A stretch of DNA of 64,000 nt from Candidatus Peribacteria bacterium (GTDB taxonomy: Bacteria > Patescibacteriota > Gracilibacteria > UBA1369 > UBA12463). The translations under genes were made by a program, and so were the position numbers. The stretch is from contig CALRDN010000002.1 in NCBI GenBank assembly GCA_943354965.1, positions 38,029 through 102,028 on the forward strand. Reading direction: 5' to 3'. Of the stretch, positions 35,053 to 42,768 are shown one piece after another. How positions within the stretch are numbered: the first letter of the stretch is position 1; the number at the start of each line of letters is the position of its first letter. The notes beneath the pieces are model-generated. The model searched no databases and was not told where the DNA came from. It saw nothing but the letters and a program-made list of their open reading frames with translations.

Positions 35053-35826
35053 TTAAACATCAATCGACGAATCACTCTCGTGTCCCAAAGGTTTAGGGCG
35101 CATATGAAGAGGTCTGCATGCCTGAGCCGCGGGATGACTTGATTCCACCCACTCACCAATACCCATTATTTCCTCACTTCTATCGCCCGCCATATACCGG
35201 CTAAGGAGCGCAAGATCCATGGAAACATAGGCCGGATACTGCCATCGCATGGCAGGGGTAACACGATATTTGTCGACACCAAAAGCCGCACCCAGTCTAC
35301 GCTCTCTCTCGGCACAAATTTCTCGTGCTGCCGTCTGAAACATCTTCGAATGAATAGCACTACGAAGTTGACGAGCCACATCCATCAATTGAGACAAAGC
35401 AGATGTATCAGCTTCTGCAAAAGCTCGAGCAACAGCATGGCCATTCCCTAAACTTCTAAAAGTGGACCCAGGATCAGTCAACAACTCAGCAAGGTGAGTA
35501 GTGGATGAACTTACCCAACGCTCCACATTCGTAGAGTTTCCCGTTAAGGACTCTAATTCAAAACCATCGCTACCTGACCTTTTATCAAATGCTGCAGCAC
35601 GACGCCAGGCATCAGCCCACTTGGCAGAATTATCAGGACTCAAAGCGACTAAACGAGATACGCAATCGATGGCATTACGCATCTGTGCCTCAGCAGCATT
35701 ATCCGGATTGGCAAAAATACTATTCAAAAAGCTCGGATCAGCAATTCTATGAGCCAAATCATTAGGAGCTGCTACCTGCATATCCGTACCTGCATCATCA
35801 TCCTGAGGAGCGTGTAAATTATCCAT
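35053..35826 (-). CDS. hypothetical protein (Ala/Arg-rich, predicted soluble helical)
   Basis: Open frame with coding-like composition and no motif I recognise. ATG 35826 (MDNLHAPQ..) was chosen because TATAAT (35840-35845) lies just upstream. The ORF-track start 35895 would lie upstream of that box. Confidence 0.45.
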   Translation of the reverse strand: MDNLHAPQDDDAGTDMQVAAPNDLAHRIADPSFLNSIFANPDNAAEAQMRNAIDCVSRLVALSPDNSAKWADAWRRAAAFDKRSGSDGFELESLTGNSTNVERWVSSSTTHLAELLTDPGSTFRSLGNGHAVARAFAEADTSALSQLMDVARQLRSAIHSKMFQTAAREICAERERRLGAAFGVDKYRVTPAMRWQYPAYVSMDLALLSRYMAGDRSEEIMGIGEWVESSHPAAQACRPLHMRPKPLGHESDSSIDV

Positions 35827-35922
35827 AGAAATAGTAAAAATTATAAAGGAGTCCATTTTGCCACAATTTGTGCGCACGCACAAGCCAGAGTGCAAAACAC
35901 CAATTTGGTCAATATTTTAGCT

Positions 35923-36915
35923 TTAGGAAGAAAGCAGCCCTGCTTTGAGCACCTCCTCAATTTCATCAAAAACCACCTCGACCGTGACTAACGTATCGCA
36001 TTGCATGATTTTTTCGACATACTTTTTCGCCCCCTCAAAACCCTTGATATATGATGCCAAATGTTTACGCAACTCACGTATCGCTTTCACCTCATTAGAT
36101 CCCTCCACGGCGAACCGGACATGCTGGCGAATTAGGGGCATTTTTTCAAGCATATTTTTTGGTCGTTCATAGGCCACCCCCTTAAAATGTGCCGCAATTT
36201 CGGCGATAAGCCATGGATCACCAAGTGTTGCACGGCCCACCATTACACCATCCAGATTCCCCAGACGCATCTGCGCATCTGCCACAGACTTGATATCTCC
36301 ATTTCCAAGAATCGTAATGCCCAATTCTTTCTTCGCCAAATAAATAGGGTCCCAGTTCGCCTCACCGGAAAAAGCCTGCGTGCGAGTACGTCCATGCAGT
36401 GATAATAATTTCGCCCCGGCATCCACAACGCCCTTGCAGAAGCCCAAAAACCGCTTCTCATCATAACACTCATATCCCAGTCGCGTCTTCACAGAGACCG
36501 GAACAGAAACAGCTCTACTCAAATTATATACAATCTCAGCCGCCAGATCGGGACTCTTCAAGAGCGCCGATCCACACTCATTCGAGGTAACCTTGCACGT
36601 CGGACAGCCCATATTAATATCAATTCCAGCGATTCCCATATCTTCTAATATCTTCCCTGACTCCACAAAAAACTCCGGCTCCTTTCCGAAAAGCTGCATG
36701 ATAAGCGGAAACTCTTCCGGATGCCAGTCCATCATTCGATAGGACTCTTTGCTTCCATGATGAATCGCCGCCACACTCGTGAGCTCAGAGAAACAAACAA
36801 CATTTTCCGTACCCGGCAATAGCTTTACCGCTCTACGATATGCCGAATCGGTATAACCGGCCAGAGGAGCAAGCGCCACGATAGGCTTCGAAAATGTATC
36901 CCAGCTAAATTTCAT
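35923..36915 (-). CDS. dus: tRNA-dihydrouridine synthase
   Basis: LAPLAGYTDSAYRR, DINMGCP and the HGRT motif (LSLHGRTRTQ). Confidence 0.9.
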   Translation of the reverse strand: MKFSWDTFSKPIVALAPLAGYTDSAYRRAVKLLPGTENVVCFSELTSVAAIHHGSKESYRMMDWHPEEFPLIMQLFGKEPEFFVESGKILEDMGIAGIDINMGCPTCKVTSNECGSALLKSPDLAAEIVYNLSRAVSVPVSVKTRLGYECYDEKRFLGFCKGVVDAGAKLLSLHGRTRTQAFSGEANWDPIYLAKKELGITILGNGDIKSVADAQMRLGNLDGVMVGRATLGDPWLIAEIAAHFKGVAYERPKNMLEKMPLIRQHVRFAVEGSNEVKAIRELRKHLASYIKGFEGAKKYVEKIMQCDTLVTVEVVFDEIEEVLKAGLLSS

Positions 36916-36924
36916 AGTATTGGG

Positions 36925-36952
36925 ATTATACGGTTAAAAAGCCATATATCAA
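36925..36952 (-). promoter_or_regulatory. sigma70-like promoter TTGATA-N16-TATAAT, 9 nt upstream of the dus ATG
   Basis: The reverse complement of 36916..36952 reads TTGATAtatggctttttaaccgTATAATcccaatact, then ATG. Confidence 0.55.
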
Positions 36953-37512
36953 GGCCAAGGCTTCCCATCTACATATAACTGCTTCAACGCTGGCGTGCCA
37001 TCGGTATCTACCGCGACCTTTGCGAACGCCTGTCGATCCTGCGTCCACGTAGTAAACATCTGACCCTTACCCTCAGGAATAAAATACTGCTCTATGCCGT
37101 AATCCAGCCGATACGTAGGTTTCTCATAAGAATCAGTCGGCGGAGTATCGACGCTCACAATTCGGCCCTTTATGAATATGCCGTCCGCAGGCTTCGCATG
37201 TGACATTTCCCCCGGATAAGAAAAACCATCAGACTCAACAAGCGATACATACACAACCTCACCCTGCCGGAACTGCTCCTCATTAACCAACCGCCCGTTA
37301 TAGTAGCCTCCTACGGTCGTTAAATCATGCTGATACGTTACATAATCACCTCGCAACGGATCACGCGGATCTACCGGCAAAAGATGAATAAGAATTTCCC
37401 TGCCACTAGACAGTGTCATCAATTTCACCATGATGAGAACAAAAATAACCATCACCTGAAAAGCCACAGCCAAGCCAATTTTTATATCTTTATTCATGAG
37501 GTGTTGGATCAA
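36949..37512 (-). CDS. GDYXXLXY-domain membrane-anchored protein
   Basis: N-terminal TM segment. PVDPRDPLRGDYVTYQHDL matches the family signature (RGDY..Y). It overlaps the end of the upstream membrane protein gene. Confidence 0.65.
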   Translation of the reverse strand: MIQHLMNKDIKIGLAVAFQVMVIFVLIMVKLMTLSSGREILIHLLPVDPRDPLRGDYVTYQHDLTTVGGYYNGRLVNEEQFRQGEVVYVSLVESDGFSYPGEMSHAKPADGIFIKGRIVSVDTPPTDSYEKPTYRLDYGIEQYFIPEGKGQMFTTWTQDRQAFAKVAVDTDGTPALKQLYVDGKPWP

Positions 37513-39088
37513 TATCTGCGATCATTCGACGACGAGTACGCTCCATCAGCCATCCAACTCCGAAAAGAAGAAGACCTGCCCCAATGAAAAATAAACTCTT
37601 GTCGAGGAAGGTGAAAAACCAATCAAAATACTTCACAAGTATAAATAAGAACATGCCTATGACGCCCATATTAATCATCCATGACGCACGCCTATAGTAT
37701 CCAAGGGCGATAATGCCGATAAGTTGAGCGAGTATAAGTGCATTGAAAAGAATAGCCATAAAAAGGCCTCCTGACGAAAGAGTATCGTAATCGACAAACA
37801 GTGAAAAAGGAGGAAGGATCAAAAGGAAAAGATAAAAAACAACATGTGCCAATACGACGAGGTTTTCATACAACGGCAAGCGCGCACGAATTAACGCCAT
37901 GCCAAGCCCTCCGAGAAGAACAGCATAAGAAACAACCATCTGCCAAGACCCCACCATAGACAATCCATCACTCAACTCGACAAGCGCGTGAAGACCGGAC
38001 TGAAGTGAAAAGAAAAACAAACTGCCCATCAAAAACAGGGTACCAAACAGTGAATAAACAGATCCGAACTTCTTATCAATACGGCCCAGCACGACAAGTA
38101 GCGCCGCATAAAGAATATAACCAACATAGAGAGAAAGTGGCTCGATACCTGGCAAATCAATCCATTGAAAAGACTGTGCACCCCACCATATAGGCAGCAT
38201 CACCATGGAAAAAATAAGCGAAAAAACCGTCTTGAAATAATACGCCACTCCAATACCAAGAGCAGTCATAGCGAAGAAAATAATCCTCCAAGAAAGAGGA
38301 TCGCCAAAATCCGCATTAAGACCAAGGAGAGTTACACCACTAAAAAAAACAAACAGTACAAGAAAAGCTTGGTGGAGAGGATCATCTTCTGACTTGGCCT
38401 CCTTAGTCAAAAGATTACCGGCGAAAAAGAGAGTTATCGTAGAAGCAATAAGGAGAAAAGTAGAAGTAGTGAAGAAAACGCGGTAACCAAACGTCCCGGT
38501 GAAAAGTTCGATACCATGGCCAAAAGCAGCAGCAAGGCCTAGCGCAAGAGCAAGGAAAAAATGAGTACCGGATCTCAATACAAAGCCCATGGCGAGGGAT
38601 CCAAGCATCCAAAGAAGGAGCCCATCCGGCCAGTTCTGACGAACATGGAACATCTGAGCTATCAGAAAAATACCCGCCCCATATATAAGAGTACCCAAAA
38701 GATAAAAAGCGTTCCCTACCTTTTCGAGCTGCTGCTTCTCGTGAAAATACCAACCAAGCCCATACGAACTCAACATAGAAATCATAATAATACCGATTTT
38801 CATAACCTTCGTCATCTCGGTCCAGTTAGCGGCAACAAAAGAAAAAATACCAGCGCCCACTAATAATGCACCAAAAATAACAATCGTATGCACACTGCGC
38901 TTGCCGGAGTCTTCCTTGCTGCCATAAACTCTCGCCTCGCGAACTGCCTTTTCTATCGCCTCTACCTTAACTCCACTCTGGAGCAAAGATACATACACCT
39001 GCTCAAGCGTCTCGCCCTTAGCCAAGCTGGCATGGACCTGCTCCACAAGTTGGATGGAACTGCCTTCGGTAAATTGAAAGTGCGGCAT
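37490..39088 (-). CDS. large polytopic membrane protein (DUF2157/DUF4401-like), partner of the GDYXXLXY protein
   Basis: A soluble N-terminal ~60 aa is followed by about 14 or more hydrophobic helices. The genomic coupling with a GDYXXLXY gene is the usual context for this family. ATG 39088 is preferred over the track's TTG at 39103. Confidence 0.55.
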   Translation of the reverse strand: MPHFQFTEGSSIQLVEQVHASLAKGETLEQVYVSLLQSGVKVEAIEKAVREARVYGSKEDSGKRSVHTIVIFGALLVGAGIFSFVAANWTEMTKVMKIGIIMISMLSSYGLGWYFHEKQQLEKVGNAFYLLGTLIYGAGIFLIAQMFHVRQNWPDGLLLWMLGSLAMGFVLRSGTHFFLALALGLAAAFGHGIELFTGTFGYRVFFTTSTFLLIASTITLFFAGNLLTKEAKSEDDPLHQAFLVLFVFFSGVTLLGLNADFGDPLSWRIIFFAMTALGIGVAYYFKTVFSLIFSMVMLPIWWGAQSFQWIDLPGIEPLSLYVGYILYAALLVVLGRIDKKFGSVYSLFGTLFLMGSLFFFSLQSGLHALVELSDGLSMVGSWQMVVSYAVLLGGLGMALIRARLPLYENLVVLAHVVFYLFLLILPPFSLFVDYDTLSSGGLFMAILFNALILAQLIGIIALGYYRRASWMINMGVIGMFLFILVKYFDWFFTFLDKSLFFIGAGLLLFGVGWLMERTRRRMIADIDPTPHE

Positions 39089-39162
39089 ATCCCAAGCATA
39101 CAACGAAACTTTACATTTGAAAACGTGGATGTAGAATATCGCGGTAACATTATTCTACCCTC

Positions 39163-40902
39163 ATGCACAACCCTATGAACAAGCACAAACTCGGAGAAGT
39201 TGCATCCACATCAATATGCGGAAATGACATTATGAGCTCGGTATTGTATGTCTCAGGAATTGCCATCGGGGCTGCCGGAATATATGCACCAATAATTCTT
39301 CTGGCCATCGGGGGCGTATTGCTACTTTATAGGGGCGTGTATCGCGAAGTAGTAGAATCACTTCCTGTAAACGGAGGAACCTATAACGCCCTGCTCAATG
39401 GAACCTCAAAAAACATTGCCGCAACAGCGGGAGTTCTCACCATTCTTTCCTATGTCGCCACATCTGTAATCTCCGGAAAAACAGCCGTAGAGTATCTAGG
39501 AACGATTATTAACATTCCCATCATTCCCGTAACCATCGCCGTTCTCATATTCTTCGCCGCGCTTGTTATATCTGGAGTAAAAGACTCGGCAAAAATTGCC
39601 ATTGGCATCTTCTTCCTGCATCTCACTACGCTCGTAGCATTCGTCGTACTGGGATCATATTATCTCTATACTCACCCAAATCAATTTCACATAAATTTTG
39701 CACACACTCGAGTCCTCGTTCAGGACTACACCCTCATGATCGTCCTCTTTCTCGGCTTCGCTTCATCATTACTCGGCGTATCAGGCTTCGAAAGTTCCGC
39801 AGACTTCGTCGAAGAACAGGAAAAAGGAGTCTTCAAAAAAACGCTCACAAATATGTTGCTTGGAGTTGTTATTTTCAACCCTCTCGTAGCGCTCCTCTGC
39901 CTCGGAATCTCCGACATGTCAGAGATAGCTAAATTCTCCAACTTTCTTCTCGCTGGAGAGGCAAAAATCGTAGGTGGAGCAATTTTTCAGTATATCGTCG
40001 TCATAGACGCATTCCTCGTACTCTGTGGAGCTGTTCTCACCGGATTCATCGGTGTCTCGGGTCTCATCAATCGTATGTCTCAAGATGAAGTACTCCCTAT
40101 CTGGTTCGCAAAAAGAAATGCAAAACGATCCTATCCCCGCATCGTCATCACCTTCTTGTTACTCTGCATATCTATTCTCTTGTCTACTGGAGGCAATCTC
40201 AAAGCCCTTGCTGGCGTCTATGCCATCAGCTTCCTCTCCGTAATGAGCATGTTTGCTATCGGTAACCTCATTCTCAAAATCACTCGACCGGATCTCCGAC
40301 GCCTCTACTCATTTCCAATGCTACTTGTCATTCTCGCCTTCGCGACAACATTCACGGGACTCATCGGAAACATCATGATGGATCTCAACAATCTATTATT
40401 CTTCGCATTCTATTTCTTCCCAGTAATACTCATCGTGCGTGCCTATATATACCGTGACTATATCGTTTCTTTTTTCTACAACCACACGGCTCCCGATACT
40501 CTTCTCCATAAATTATTCCGCGTCGTTTTCCGCAACGTAGTGCGAGGAACATACATTCTCTTTATCCATCGAGCCGACCGACTTTTCAACACGCTCAAAT
40601 ATATCAATGCCAACGAAGCGGGACGGCACGTCATTATTCTTCACTGCAAAGACGAAACAGATGAAGTAAACGACATCGTCTGGCACGACCTCAAAACGCT
40701 CGTACCACTCATTCCAAAAGCCGGAGTATTTCAGCACCTCCGCCTCGACCTTCACCAAATAGAAGGACCGTTTGGACCAGAAGTAATTCACAAAGCATCC
40801 GTAAAATACGACATTCCTACGAACCGCATATTCATCGGAACGATTCACGAAAACCACAAGTTCATGTACGAAGACTTGGGCGGCGTGAGAATTATTGTCT
40901 AG
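39163..40902 (+). CDS. APC-superfamily amino acid/polyamine permease with a ~150-aa cytoplasmic C-terminal domain
   Basis: 12 predicted hydrophobic segments and the N-terminal motif ICGNDIMSSVLYVSG. Confidence 0.7.
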   Translation: MHNPMNKHKLGEVASTSICGNDIMSSVLYVSGIAIGAAGIYAPIILLAIGGVLLLYRGVYREVVESLPVNGGTYNALLNGTSKNIAATAGVLTILSYVATSVISGKTAVEYLGTIINIPIIPVTIAVLIFFAALVISGVKDSAKIAIGIFFLHLTTLVAFVVLGSYYLYTHPNQFHINFAHTRVLVQDYTLMIVLFLGFASSLLGVSGFESSADFVEEQEKGVFKKTLTNMLLGVVIFNPLVALLCLGISDMSEIAKFSNFLLAGEAKIVGGAIFQYIVVIDAFLVLCGAVLTGFIGVSGLINRMSQDEVLPIWFAKRNAKRSYPRIVITFLLLCISILLSTGGNLKALAGVYAISFLSVMSMFAIGNLILKITRPDLRRLYSFPMLLVILAFATTFTGLIGNIMMDLNNLLFFAFYFFPVILIVRAYIYRDYIVSFFYNHTAPDTLLHKLFRVVFRNVVRGTYILFIHRADRLFNTLKYINANEAGRHVIILHCKDETDEVNDIVWHDLKTLVPLIPKAGVFQHLRLDLHQIEGPFGPEVIHKASVKYDIPTNRIFIGTIHENHKFMYEDLGGVRIIV

Positions 40903-40918
40903 AGATAAATATTTTATC

Positions 40919-41632
40919 CTATTTCGTTCGTATCAACGGTATATCTCTCGCAGCAACTCCGTCAACACTCGTTCGATTCAACATCGGATGATCCTCATCT
41001 CCAGGCCCAAAATCAGAATCAGGATGGTAGGCGACAACCGTCATTGTCTGGCCACTACCGGTTCTAAACTTATGGGGAGCCATTGTGTGAATACCAAAAA
41101 CTTGACCTGGATACATAACCGTCTCCTCATCAGGAGTTATACAAATGCCACCACCATCACTTACTAACCCTAAACGCATCGAAGGGGGTGTATGCATCGT
41201 CTGATCTATATTTTCAGGAAAGTGCAAAGAATTCAAACATGGATCCCCCTTCCTCACGGGTGGAATAAGTAACGAATCAGTACATCCATCAATATACTTC
41301 AATCGACCATTTTTCTCTACCGGTCCACCCATCATAAACATGCCATTATGCATAAGTCTTTCAATGGCAATACCAATGCCATCAGAAATAATAAGCGGCT
41401 CATTGCTACAAAAATACATCCCTTTATCCAACGCGAACACCCTACCGCCCGCCATCTCAATTTTGGCACGTGCCCCATGCACGGTATCAAAAATAAACCC
41501 GTAAAAAGTACTACCTCGTTCGGACAATTCCAAAGGCTCTCCATGAAAAGCGTGGAGTCGGGTAGGAAACTGATCGTGGGAATAATCAGCAAGTAGACCT
41601 GAATCTAAACCAAAAGAAGAAAAAGATTTCAT
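40919..41632 (-). CDS. hypothetical protein, possibly a double beta-barrel (cupin-like) fold
   Basis: The open frame was truncated to ATG 41632 (MKSFSSFGLD..) because the listed start at 41740 overlaps the tmRNA 3' end. There are two Gly/His-containing beta-rich halves. No family is firmly recognised. Confidence 0.4.
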   Translation of the reverse strand: MKSFSSFGLDSGLLADYSHDQFPTRLHAFHGEPLELSERGSTFYGFIFDTVHGARAKIEMAGGRVFALDKGMYFCSNEPLIISDGIGIAIERLMHNGMFMMGGPVEKNGRLKYIDGCTDSLLIPPVRKGDPCLNSLHFPENIDQTMHTPPSMRLGLVSDGGGICITPDEETVMYPGQVFGIHTMAPHKFRTGSGQTMTVVAYHPDSDFGPGDEDHPMLNRTSVDGVAARDIPLIRTK

Positions 41633-41676
41633 GTCGACATTATAGCAAACTTTAAAAGTTTGCATAGTAGCTACAT

Positions 41677-42115
41677 TGGTGGAGATGCCGGGAGTTGAAC
41701 CCGGGTGCAAAAGAAGAATGGACATACGTCTACAAATCATAGTCCGCTCTTATTTACTTCGCATGTGATAGAGAGTGGACCAAAAGCCACGCGCGAAGGG
41801 CTATAGGTTTTTGTGCATGTATCGTAACTCCTCAATACACACCTTAGTTTAGAAGTATTACGCCCGATGGAACCGCCTAAACATCAGTTCCATAAGACGC
41901 CCTCCGAAAAAATTCAGAGAGAACAATAAGACGAGAATTAAACAAGAGTTGGAGTCCTCGAAAAAGATCGAAGAAGAGCAATTGTCCTAGACTCGCCGTT
42001 ATCGGCAGTTGTATCTGCAATTAGTTTGCGCCAGACGTTGATAACGGTCGGACTGGCGCAACGGCCGGATCGCAGTATGCCTACCCGTTTCTTCTGTCGA
42101 ATGCCGGACATCCCC
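41677..42115 (-). ncRNA. ssrA: tmRNA (SsrA), 439 nt with encoded CCA
   Basis: The minus-strand 5' end reads GGGGAUGUCCGGCAUUCGACAG. The 3' end reads CCGGGUUCAACUCCCGGCAUCUCCACCA, giving a T-arm, an acceptor stem with a G3:U70 pair, and ACCA. The candidate tag ORF starts at a GCA ~98 nt in: ADTTADNGESRTIALLRSFSRTPTLV, then a stop. Confidence 0.85.
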
Positions 42116-42174
42116 ACATGTGAACGAACGCGCCACAAAACTACAAACTGCAGCGGACTTGAAGTATATCAAAT

Positions 42175-42672
42175 TTAAAACCCAATTGCCAGATTTGACG
42201 TAATAGCAGGCTGCACCTTATTGGGAGTTATCAGTACACTTGGACCAACAGCAAAGCCTAGTGTCTTACTCAACCTAATACCAACAAGTGTGGTAATCCT
42301 TGCAATTGGTGCAACCTGGGTGCCAATCCATTCAGCACCAACACCCAACTCTCCAACTACATAAAATGGGTTCGCGATACTATCATGGAAAGTTCCAACC
42401 GCTTCAGCACTTCCAGCCATCTTCCCGTGATAAGCAGCGCCTAAACCAAGCCCAACCCCAGCAGACCAGTGATCAAAGAGTTCATGGGTATACAAAATAT
42501 GCCCCATAGCCTTATGAGCATCAACCTCGGGCCCAATCGCGATATGGTGAGGATGGGTATGTGTATCTTCATGGTGAAGTTTTGCACCAACATCAGCTTC
42601 AGCTTCAGCCTGACTCGGAATCATCATACTTCCAGCTGCCGCGAGACCCGCAAATGTATTTTTAATATTCAT
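42175..42672 (-). CDS. small secreted His-rich protein with a beta-strand-like C-terminal half ending in Phe
   Basis: Signal peptide MNIKNTFAGLAAAGSMMIPSQAEA. His cluster HHEDTHTHPHH. Alternating hydrophobic strands and a terminal ..NLAIGF. The promoter TTGACA-N19-TAATAT ends 6 nt upstream of the ATG. Confidence 0.5.
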   Translation of the reverse strand: MNIKNTFAGLAAAGSMMIPSQAEAEADVGAKLHHEDTHTHPHHIAIGPEVDAHKAMGHILYTHELFDHWSAGVGLGLGAAYHGKMAGSAEAVGTFHDSIANPFYVVGELGVGAEWIGTQVAPIARITTLVGIRLSKTLGFAVGPSVLITPNKVQPAITSNLAIGF

Positions 42673-42768
42673 AGAAAGATATTATAGCAATAATTTATAC
42701 TTTTGTCAAGAACACTTGATATAAGTATTATATCTGACAAATAGAAAATATTAAAGCCTAATTGAAGA

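Noticed and set aside
41938-42138. 66-aa minus-strand ORF
   Set aside because: It lies entirely within the tmRNA gene. Only its 3' part (the tag reading frame) is meaningful, and it is not an independent protein gene.
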